NCBI GenBank assembly: GCA_965235115.1
Contig: OZ249440.1
Coordinates: 16,864,001-16,928,000, forward strand
Reading direction: 5' to 3'
Length of the DNA stretch: 64,000 nucleotides
Source: Laetmonice hystrix
Taxonomy: Eukaryota
In this document: in pieces, positions 1 through 11,683 of the stretch
How the letters are laid out: every line of letters begins with the position of its first letter
Numbering within the stretch: the stretch's first letter is position 1
Notes under the pieces: model-generated
Database searches by the model: none
What the model was told of the DNA's origin: nothing
What the model saw: only the letters and a program-made list of their open reading frames with translations
Program-made: the position numbers and the translations under genes

Positions 1-2410
1 CCTTACACGAGACCAAAATTAAATATGTGTCCAAACGACCACTTGTTCAAGTAACGCCAGTTAGCACGTTATTATATAGGCCTACAACTATAAGGCTGGA
101 ACAGCAATTTTCGAGACACAATTTAAAAATCTCACCAGACATTAAGATCATCGACGTGCATGCTTTACTCCTGTAAATTTTCAGAAGGGTTTTTGAAATA
201 TTTAATGTCACAGTTCGACAAGTATATATCTTAAGAGAACCTATATACTAAGCACTCAGTGCCATGAAGTACGTCAATGGTGGGGAAGTCAAGCATAAAT
301 CTAAAGATTGCGGCAGATACGGCGACGACTCTTTCCTTCCGTCAACCCTACCTGTCACGTCGTACGGGGCTCGCAGTTCCAGCCAGGTCCTTGTCGCGCT
401 GATGTTAATGCCGACAAGTTTCTGAGACCGGTCGAGGTGCCTTCAAGTGTGTTCAGTGGGTGCCGGTGGGGTAGGGGTGGTCAACTGGTTATATAGACTC
501 AGTGTATGGGCGCGGGGGCGGGCTGCTGGCGGCAGGTGGGTGACCGTGAGAGCCGGAGTCCTCATAGTAATATCCACCAACTTTGATGGGATGAATAGAA
601 AAACAAAATCCACTCACTATACCGAGCCTTCATCCGAACCCTAGCCCCTCCCCTGGTCCAAAAAAAAAACAACCTTCCCCAAAAGCACATTTCCCTTGCC
701 CTGGCCGTCAATCCTTGGCTAATTTCGTGGGGTTTTAGCATGGCCGACAACCAGGTCACCCACAGCCCCGCATGGTTCGGACAATGATCTCTGACTCGCC
801 CGTCTCGTGTCGCTGTCATCGCTACGATCAGGAATTGATCATTGATCTTCAGGAACACAGCCAACCGGCTCTGAGCGTGGGCAGTCCAAGTACGTAACAC
901 GCACATCATATTACATACATCCCTACACACCTATACTAGGCTTAGGTGCATTTTTTTATTTTTTAAAATATCGATTTGATCTTTGATCATTGACTTTTAC
1001 CAGAGCTAGGTCAGACCTCAAAATTCACTTATAAAGCGCAGCAAGTCCATGCCGGACCCTTGGTTGGTTGGTCAACAAACAGCCGGTTAAATAGCAAGCT
1101 AGTTCTCCCGTTCATGAAACCAGTTGCTATTTTAAATACCGGTTATTAATGGAAGGGTTCACAAGGTGAAAGGACAAATTTTGATTTGATTGCACCACGT
1201 GACTTAATTTATTTTGCTTCAAGTTTCCTTCCTACTTTTTATTATTTTTATCCATGTTTATTTAATAATACTTTGCTCCTCCAGTATAATATTATGTGTA
1301 ACGTCAAAATCCTGTCTATTGATTGGAATACACCATACAAGACTATGAGTTTAGGTAGATGCGACATCAAATTCGGCTGGGTAGGTGGGTTTGGGACGTT
1401 ATAGTGTGTGTGTGGGGGGGGGGGGAGGGGGGGGTGCATTGATCAAGGGGATTCCCCCGGAAGTGGTACATGTAGTAATCATGGGCTGGTGCTATCGTCA
1501 TTTGTTAGAGCGCCATGGTCAGCATTTTGAAGTACAGCATGGATTACATGCGGGACGACCTACTTCTAATTCATTTCAAATAGCTAAGCTAAGTCTAGAG
1601 CTACCTTGTTTCCTAATACATGTACCAAATGGTGGTTATAAGGTACATGCTATATTTTGGGTTTAAAACGCAGCAGCTTTAAGGGCTATTACAAATTAAA
1701 CAATTAGATGCTGACGGGTGCGACTACGGACATAAATTTGTTACCTCAATTACTGAAAGGTTTAGACATTGTAAATGTAGTGACATGTGAAAGTCGACTC
1801 AGGTTCACTCATGACGATGGGTGACTTCTTCGTAGAATAAGGTCAACATTCGTAGTATTCTCTCATTACGAGTATTAAAGACATCAGTTTTTCCACGCCT
1901 TTACACGAAGGCAGTTTTCAGCTTACCTAATTTTCCTATCACAACAACAAACACAACTACAACAATGAAATGTAGGAAAAAATAAAATCATAATAACTCT
2001 AATGATTAACAAGAAGATGAAGAAACAACACATAAACACATAACTTTTCTTCGGAACGTTGATCTTTTTAATAAAAACACCCAACCAATATTCTACAAAA
2101 TATCTGTGATGCAAGATAATAACACAAGTAGAATGACTTATCAAAAATATAACCATGACACGCAAAGGGAGTGGAACTCTACCCGATTAAGAGAGATGAT
2201 ATGTCTGCTCTAAGCGTAGAGGAGTACTCCCATATAAACCACTGACTGTTTTGTTTATAACAAACTTAGCCATGAAGAAAGCCATATTCTTAAGGGTTTC
2301 CTATCCCAAAAGGCAAGCTTAACGCCAACAAACCAAGATAATGAACACTAAATCTAATACAAAAATAAATGTACCACAATAAATTAATCTGACCAGATGG
2401 TTTGCCATGC

Positions 2411-2445
2411 ACTGAGCCGAGCTGAGCCGAGCTGAGCCGAGCCAG
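2411..2445. repeat. Short GAGCCGAGCT tandem, probably inside a small dispersed element
   Basis: ctgagccgag ctgagccgag ctgagccgag ccagggcc. Confidence 0.7.
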
Positions 2446-5400
2446 GGCCGATACCAGTTTGAACTGTTCAGCCGTTATTTACGTCACGTCACCCCATGAC
2501 GTCATCGCCCCCTGACGTCCAGGGCACGACTTAGTCCTTAGATCTGCTGTGAATGGTGCTTTTTCTGTGCTTTACGTAAACCAACATAAATAAATCGGGC
2601 ACTCAGCTGGGATCATAGGATACAACATATCATTTAACATTTATGTAGTTGAAGTTCAGATTGACACCAATGTCCAAGAACCTTTTAACCGTGTATTACA
2701 ATCAAGCTATTTTGTGTGCATGCGTGTGCGAGATCTTGGTTCGCATAAAATTAACAAGACAATTATGAGAACATATGACACAAATTAACAGAAAAAAAAC
2801 CCTGTTACAACTTTACAGGAACATATCAACTGGGAGATGTTAGCAGCTACCTCGTAACCGAGCATGCTTGGCACAATGAAGACTGCAAACTGAGGGTTGA
2901 AGATCACAATGAAATCACAAATTCACATTCACAAAACATGCAAACTACTCACACCGTCATCGATAGCTTTGCAGGTAGATTGCTTTAAATCTTTCACAGC
3001 TGAAAACAGTTAATCACAATTTCCCAATTTGGTTTGACTGTCGAAAGTCACACTGACTGTGTATTCGCCAAAGATTTGGCTGAATTTATTGAGATAATTT
3101 CTTTTAAACTGCAGTCTCGGATGCTGAAAATGTTCCTTGAACTTAGTGTCCCTTTATAAATATTTATGGACTGTTAGTGACACGGACTACCTCTCACAGA
3201 ACACCTGTTGTTAAAAAACAATTCTATGTCACTCCCTCGTGTAAAAGCCATGACAATTTATTCCACATTCAATACAGGCAAAGACAAGAGCTACACAGCT
3301 TCAACACGAGCTCCACAATCGGATCGTTTGGTCAGTTTTCAAGAAAAAAGAAGACAAGTTTTTTTTATTAGTTTTTTTTGGTGTGTGTGTGTGTTAAAAA
3401 ACACCTCACAAAGATGGTTTACTTGCGACAGCGCAGCCCCTGTGGAGGTACCTAACTGGGTTACACCTAGATGTTCCTTGTTTCAAGGTTTCACACGTAC
3501 AAATGTTTTATGTATATGTGTTGTACACATGTATCTTGTTATCGTGTTATAATACAACATACACATATATACACCCATATAGAACCCTCTACAACGGCCG
3601 GCCTAAAAACTTGACACTTTCCACAATATGGAAGCCACCTTTTTTACCCCCTTCGTTTCAAATCTGTTTTTCACCGATTGTCATTCACGGCGTTCTTATG
3701 ATCTATACCAACTTTCTAAAACAAAGAGTCCAGGTTTGAGGATATAAACAAAGAACATATCAAAATAAATACAGGTACATTTTCTTACTACCTGGGCCTC
3801 TGTGATTAGAAAAACTTGGTTAAATATCAAAAACGTATAAAAAGTACGGATGCTGTGTTGGTAAATCAAGCACTAAAAAGGACAGGGGGATTCGGGCTCC
3901 CAAGGGAGCTATGGTTCAACAGGTACAACAGAGGTACTTGGACTGACGTGTCCGTCGTGGGTCAAATCTTAGCCTATTTCACCGTATCTCATCATCATTA
4001 CTTCACCGTGGCTCAATATTTCACCGTATTTCATATCTTATCCTTTGTGTGTATGTTCAGGGCTTGCAGAAACCTATGCATGTATAATATATAAATTAAT
4101 AATAAATTATATCACAAGTATTGGTCATAGGGCTGGTATCTGATAGCCTGAATACAACACTAGGACACCGTTCCCTGATCCCAGTGGTGTGAACTGTCAC
4201 AAAGACTTGACCACCCCGTCCTTACCTGGAGATAGCGGGGCGTGACCTTGGTCGTGACCTTGATCGCGACCTGGCCCACAGCCCCCAGTCCCACACCAAC
4301 ACACTCACATCTAATACATGCGCATTGCTCGATGCCATGCAATATTCAAAAGATGCCACTATACCTTATCTCAATATGTTAATCATGTACCCACAATAAA
4401 TGTTAAGAACATTAGTTATGCAAAAATGGATGTCAATATACAACACTAACTTGCACACCGAGTAGAACTAGCCTTCATCACTACAACGATTTCAAAAATA
4501 TCTTCCAATACGAATCGTGGGAAGTTCTTACACCTCATCTTAAAGGTAAATAACTATCATCCCCTTTGAAGAGCTAGGTCCATAAAATGCATCCACTTTA
4601 TTTTCACAATAAAATTAGAAACCGTGTGTGCTGTGTGGAAACGTAAAATGTCCCTCTCTACATGATAGAGAAATAAACTACACTGATGGAATCTTAAACA
4701 TAACGCTATGTTCAGACAACAATATCATTAGAAGGATTGTAGAAACGATGAACATACAGGGAAACCATGTCAACTGTACCGTGCACTACATTCAATTCAT
4801 CACCTGGTTTCGTATCTTGGACCAACACCCATCACAATCATTTTTTCGTGTTTTTTTTTATATATATATTTTTTTCTTTCTTTTAAATTGAAAATATATA
4901 AAGAAATGTTAAAATCCTACATGGAAAAAATCTGTCCTCATTACAGTAGTCCTTAAATGAATTCCATAACAAAAAATCGTATAGAAAAATTAAAGCAACT
5001 TGTTGCCTCGCTAAAGCTAAATAGCTTTCTATAAAAAATGTCTCTCATGAAAAAGAGTTTTCCTATAACTGATGAGCGGGAGGCACGTGGCGCCTGCTGC
5101 ATAGTTCGGCAACCTTGGAGGCGGCTTGAGAACACGCGCAGCCCACCTCGCAATGGATTAGTCTAACATGGCAGTCTTGGACACGGAGGGGACCGGATGG
5201 TCAGTGAAGTCATACAGGCACTGCTACTGAGGCGTCGGACAACAACTGGCGCTCAGACGAGGAAACTGGGCTTCCAAAGTCCGTTTGCCATTATTCCCCC
5301 TTCACTGTGTTTGTATAGTTAACCCCCGAAGACAAGACCCCTAAAAGGTCTGTTGTGTCCTTACACGTTCAGAAACTGAAGACTGGTACAGCCTACCATG

Positions 5401-5493
5401 CAAATCAAGGCATTTTCTTTTTCCATGTATGAAATAACATATTATCTGAGGCGTTGGATTTTATGTACAGAAGCAGAAAAAAATTGTTCAAAC

Positions 5494-5563
<70 letters not shown>
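5494..5563. repeat. (TAT)n microsatellite, about 23 units
   Basis: Directly visible; explains the poly-Y/L/N ORFs in the track. Confidence 0.98.
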
Positions 5564-6131
5564 TAAAAAAGTTAGAGGGACTAAAGGGACCCACACGAGA
5601 CTTCATTTTTGTACAAAGACAAGAAGGCGCCTCGATTCGCGGCTGCCCGCCTGTCCGCTCACCGGATTTATCTCAGTACGCGTACCTCAGTACCAACTGG
5701 CCAGTGTATCTTCAGTTTGGTTTGGACTGGGTCGGAGATAACTACACCGGCTCCAGACAACTTCGGCCTGCCACTGAGAAGCCACTGTGGCCGGTAGCCA
5801 AAAAAACCCATGGGTTTAATTAAGTAAAAAAAATAAGTAGAAAAATAAAACTACTAAGAAACGAAATTCTCCAGTACAATCAGACAAAAAGTCTTATGTT
5901 ATAGATGTTATTTAGGACTAAATGTATCTAAATTTCATCCTCAAACCTGACCATTTGTTTTTCTTCTTTTTTTTTTGTTATTTCATTGTTATTTCATTTC
6001 CCCCTATTTTGTTTGTTTACAGGGCCAAACATTGCCGGTGGTGCATTAGTCCAACTGCTGGGAGTGTCCATCTACACACGCCATGTTAGTGGGTTAGTAA
6101 CAAGCAAGCAGGGGTGTTAGTTTTCCAATGA

Positions 6132-6137
6132 TTTATT
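6132..6137 (-). promoter_or_regulatory. Candidate polyadenylation signal AATAAA
   Basis: Plus TTTATT; on the minus strand a TGTA lies upstream and TGCTTGCTTGTT downstream. Confidence 0.35.
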
Positions 6138-6711
6138 TCCAATAGTCTCTTACACAAAGTGCAATTCAAAAAGTGTTATAATAATTAGGAGTACGTTTCT
6201 TTTAAAAAAAATGAGTGGAAAGTATATAAATAATTAATGGACTATCAATGGAACATGTGAACTAGGCACAATTCAGACGATGTCGGCCTATGGAGTCTCT
6301 GCCCAATGAGAATGACGCAAATACTTACGTTAAAATTATGTGATACAGTCAAAAATAAAGCCACCACAGCAATGCTCAACTCGACAACTCCTCAAACGAA
6401 CGGTTTTCTATCAATATCATCATCGAGGGAAAAAATATAAATTTTAGATAGTTTGTTAACAAAAATAACACAAAGAAAAATCCCCACATACAAAAAAAAC
6501 CCCAAGTGGTATGATTTTTTTTTCTTCATGGGGGTCTGTTTCCTACTTTAGTTTCTTGTTCATGAAACCAGTTGGCTGAACAAATGACGTCTCGTGTGAA
6601 TGTTCCCATTAGAAATCAGGCGAGTACTTACATGCTCATTCACCTGTCCTTCATTCTCAAGTCTCCTCTCCTCCCTCCTTCTCCTCCCAGTCTGTCCCTA
6701 TCACGACAGTG

Positions 6712-6745
6712 GCGCCACCCTGTGGTTGTTGGCGCCCCCTAGTGG
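6712..6745 (-). promoter_or_regulatory. Tandem CTCF-like motif pair, reverse orientation
   Basis: Reverse complement of 6732-6745 = CCACTAGGGGGCGC (14/14 to CCASYAGRKGGCRS); of 6712-6725 = CCACAGGGTGGCGC (12/14). Confidence 0.55.
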
Positions 6746-9700
6746 ACAGACTGCACCCGCTCTTACCCGATGTGGCCCGTTTACACTCGTTGACCCGTTC
6801 TTAGCCCGGCCCTGCCCCGTTACGAGACGGGGGCCGGGCGCCTGAAGGGTTACAGTCGGTATAAAAAGTACAAAAGTTACCAGTAGGTTCCAATGCTTGT
6901 CTCAGTATGAACATATACATTATTATGGCCAAGCCAGCTTGCACCGATAGTATACAGCCACACCGGTACAAGACCGGCTTAAAGTATATAAATATATCAT
7001 TGGTTTATCATCAATATTAATCAACTTATATCAAAATAAGCATCGGTTCACGTTAACGACAACCAATGTTTGACGAGTGGTGGCAGACAAGCCGACGACC
7101 CCCAGACCGGAACCTGTTGTGACGTAGGTGTCAGTGACGTCATACACGTCACATGACGTAACCACCTGAGGAGCGTCAGCTCTTCCTGCCACTCTTCACC
7201 TATATTTCTTCCCAGAGGTGGGGGCCGCTGCACACACACACACACTCACAGACCAGCCCCCGTGGAAACCAGTGTTACTTGTCTTATTGCTTGTCGGCTC
7301 AGCATCAGTTTTATTTTTCCCCCTATCCCCTTCACAGTAGTAGTTTGTAGATATAGCATATAAAATATAATTCTATTAAACCGAAGCCCGTGGTCTGCAG
7401 GAAGATGTGGCCACGCCTTCCTTGGCGCCCACAGTGTACGTTATACCTGTGCTCCCTCTACTGTATTTGGTTCAGGAATGTCCACTTGATCCTATCATGT
7501 CACAGGCAAGATCTGATTTCCAATGAGACAATTCACAGGCATTTTGGCGGTCCACTACCACCGGTGGAGCCCGCCTATGTAACTAGACCATACGCACGCT
7601 GCGCATCAATATAACATTACAATCCATATAGAAGTAGTAGACCATAATTAGTAGTTGTAATAGTAGTATAGCAAAAATCCATTCTAAATCTAAGAAAGCC
7701 TCAAAATTCACGACTCCAAAAATAATTGGAACAGGAAATAAACTTAGTATCATCAACTGAATCATAACTGTATATTCCTGCAAAATAGGTAATAATACTT
7801 AATACTGTGTTGTCTGTATGACTACAGGATAAAATAGTCTTGCTACATGATAAGTTACTGGCTTGAAAGAGATGGGGCCTCGGTCTATAAGGACTGTAAG
7901 ACTGACTTGGAGAGTGTGGATGCTTACAGAAAACAGATATATATATATATTATATATAATACCAAACTCGTGGCTCCAACCTTCTCAGTACATTGGTATC
8001 CTATCATAGCAAAAACTCTAAGTATTAAAATAACTACAATTGTCTTTGGAAAGTACAAATGGTGAAGTACAACTAGCACATTGGCGCTCCCCTCCAAAAA
8101 ATCTTGTTTTTTTCTGGGCACAGGGATTTGAAAGAAAACATGGGTATTTCGAGTAGGGTACGTGATGCCGCGCTAAGACGGATTACGGCTAGTGACCAGT
8201 AGGGCCGTACCATACCTTATATAAATATTGCACAAAAAACAAAGACCCATGCCAATTCTTAGAAACCTGCGTGACGCCAGGTGGCGCTACGAGAGCCGGC
8301 TACATTCTGATGGTGCCTCACATTCATCACGACACTTACAGCGCCACCTGAAGCTTGCTCCCAATAATAAAATTCCTTCAAAGATACTTTTTTCGCTTTT
8401 TGGATATCAGCTCAACGTAAGAAACAATGACGGATAAATTACAACACAAGCACAAATCTGGTTACAAAAAGAATAGCACCATGAGAAAAAAAATAAATAC
8501 CCTTTCTGTGTGTATGTTGCCCACATACTCTATGAAACATTCGATCACCAGAATCCAAATTCTCAGAAAAATACAAAAGGCGGAACCTTATAAACCTTGG
8601 AAACAGGACATTAATTACATATCATTACAAACTTTGAAGATATATTAAAATCTGGTTAGTTTAGCTCTATTACAATAAAAAACAGTTCCAAGTCTTCATT
8701 TTTTTCAAACTGTATGCAAAAAGCCGAATCCACTCAGGTAACAGTGCTGTTGAAAAATAAAACATACCCATCATCTCCCTCTCGAAATCAGATTGTAGAG
8801 TTAAATAACATTACATTTTTTTCTCTTTTTTTTTTTCTTTTTTTTGTGTGTGTGTGTTACATTACATGAAAAATAGGCTATGTGTCCCGCCCCTCCCCCA
8901 CGTATCTGACAAGTTTCTACTTTGTGGTCTCAGCAAAAACCAATACAGTGGTGTTAAAAAGCTTGCCATATAAACTTGGTAAACTCTTCCGAGTTTGTTC
9001 ATCAATCCTGTTACACTCAGGTACATGGCTACGACAACACTGAAGCCCGATGCTCATCAATTCCATTCATATTAGTATAGAAACCCTAATAAATACAAAA
9101 GTGGTCACTATTGGTACTGTAAATTTGTACAGCATGACATGGGCACATTACGTTCATTGTACAACATACATGGTTATGCTGATATGTTAAATGCCACTAG
9201 AATTGTAGGGGGAGGAATACACGGAGAAAATTTGTATATTTTTTCTTCCTTTTTTCATTATTTCTTTGAATCTTATTGAGGCTGCAACAACAGTGATATA
9301 ATGTAGTGAACACCACACAGCAACCAACCCTTCCAGCGCTACCCTATAATCTTGTCCTTCTTCCTTTCTTTTGGGAGGTTTTTTTGAGCAAACAGAAAAC
9401 ATAAAATCCAAACCCTCAAATTCTAGCAAGTAGTTGTTAAAATTGCACGAATATACCTTGCACCTTATCACCAGTATATCACCTACAACACCGATGTGAT
9501 AACGTTTCTCTGTTAAAAATTCACTACAAGAATACCACAGATTTCCTATATAAGAATTATATACCACAGTAGAATTGTGTTTTGAGGAGTAGAGTAGAGT
9601 GAGGTTGAAGAAGAATAACCCGTGCCCTGTTCTGCAGGGGTTCAGCTTTGTGATGACTCCAGCCCCTCACCCCCACCCCCATCCCCACCCCCACGACAAA

Positions 9701-9909
9701 CCTGGGGGGTCGCAGGCCACCAGCCCGCCTTAGCCGGAGTTTTACAATTACCTAAATACAATAAATTACCCTGTGCCGTTCCGGTTGATTGCCAGATGTC
9801 CCAGACACTGCAGTCTTTTCCGTGCAACCAAATACCCGGCCTGACTTTATGTGGCGAGACTCTTTAAAAAAAAATCGACATGCGTGCACGTGGCACAAGT
9901 CAAGCAAGC

Positions 9910-9966
9910 GACACTGCACGCGTACGTGACGGACACTGCACGCGTACGTGACGGACACTGCACGCG
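9910..9966. repeat. 22-bp tandem repeat, about 2.6 copies (GACACTGCACGCGTACGTGACG)
   Basis: Exact copies start at 9910, 9932 and (partial) 9954. Confidence 0.95.
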
Positions 9967-11625
9967 CAACCGGCAACAGGCGACAACATTATGGCACACG
10001 GCCGTGACACGGACCTTAGGCCTCTACCTCTAACTGCAGACCAACTGCCTGGGGTTGGAATCCACTCTCCCTTCATAAATTAACATGTCATTCATTACCT
10101 AATCGTTATAAGTTCATTAAGTTTATATTAATAATTATCATAATCAATTGCCTATTATTCAATATTATTATTCTTCATTTTTTTATCACCATTGAAAATA
10201 AAAACAACTAGTGAGTTCTTGTGGAAGTAGACTTCGAGTTTTGCATGTCGATCAAGTGTTTCAGTTCCACAACTCTCTGCAGTAAACATACGTACTTATA
10301 GTAGAAATGGATATATCTACATCAAATTCACAATGTACAAAAAACAGCAAAAAATGATTGGCTATAAAAATGACCCGATACCACTACCAATCTTGCGCTC
10401 TTGGCGCTGGCGGAGAGCCTTCAGACCACCAAAGCGGCTGTATGTGTGTGGGGTGTCCACGACACCATGCCTATATTATAGATAGGGGACCCCACCACGC
10501 ACGGCTAACACTCTCAAAGTCGATTCTCTAGTCACAAAGAGTTATATTTATCAATGCAGTAGTGTTATTTGTTTTGTTTTGGTTTTTTTTCCTCCTTCCC
10601 TCTGACATTCACAAAAAAGTAGTGACTAGACGCACTCATTGAGGGAGAGGTCTGACTGGCTTTACAAAAAAGCTACCATAAGAAATAGGTGCCGCTACAA
10701 GTACAGAAATACGGTACAAAAATTATTGGTCTATCAGCTACGGGAACAGTTGGAAAGTTGTGCGAAGCAAAAAGAGAGAACTGCCCTTTTGATGTAGCGC
10801 TCTGCAATATTTTCGAACTTCAAAAAAGCATTTCTGGGAAACACAAAGGAGTTGTCTCTCCACCAACTCTGTGGTTTGTGAGCATCGGTCGACTCCAGCC
10901 CCAAACATAGACCGAGCGCACACGATCAGACTCCAAGTAAGCTCACTAGATGTCAGTAACTAGTTGCATTGTGCTTGAGTGCTTGGCTTCCCACAGGACG
11001 CTTGGGTGACAATTAAACCACATTGTCTTGAAAAAGACGATGCCTGCTACACAGAGGGTACCTCTGTAGCATCTTTGGTATTTGAGATCAAATGTGAACA
11101 AAAAATTCATTATATCATTGAAAAAAGTACACAACATTGTCATTATAATTAATGGCTTCCTTGACATCTGCCACTAATAAAGGTATAGGCGTGCAGCTAC
11201 ACTAGGACGACCCCAGTCCCCTCTCCGTTCATAAAACCTAAAAGAGTATTCATGTTGTAGTAATCATCATCATGCGTAGCACAGTGCACATAAATGGCGT
11301 AATATATATATATCAATATATCGAATGTCGAATATATATATCACATAGATATATATGAGGATAACATACTATAAGTTATTATCATATGGTAATAATGAAT
11401 GCAAGACTTAAGGAGAAGGAAGGCTGGCGCCGCCTAGTGTTGACTGTCCCCATCACACTTTGGTTTAACAGTGAGGTACCATCGTCCAAACAATGAGGTG
11501 CAACCCGCTGCTGCAAGTGCTGCCGCCTAGCGACTGCGGCATCCACCGCTGGCTCCATATTCCTTGAAATCCCGGATGTTTGCGCTTTGGATAACGGGTC
11601 CTTCAACAGCTGTTGCTTGCCTCGA

Positions 11626-11659
11626 ACACCAGGGGGCGCCAGTGGTCGGCAGGGGGCGC
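11626..11659 (+). promoter_or_regulatory. Tandem CTCF-like motif pair, forward orientation
   Basis: 11626-11639 ACACCAGGGGGCGC (13/14) and 11646-11659 TCGGCAGGGGGCGC (12/14). Confidence 0.45.
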
Positions 11660-11683
11660 TGCTGTTGTTGCTGCTGCTGCCAT

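Larger units (their letters stand above)
6110..11683 (-). other. Putative long 3'UTR of the CPEB gene
   Basis: No recognisable TE or coding signal, U-rich on the sense strand, dense in miRNA 8mers and CPEs. The distal end is inferred from AATAAA at 6137-6132 (alternative AATAAA at 7315-7310). Confidence 0.55.

Noticed and set aside
5950-6120. Plus-strand pyrimidine tract and TTTACAG suggesting an exon of a convergent gene
   Set aside because: No recognisable peptide and no upstream plus-strand exons; explained by A-rich minus-strand sequence.
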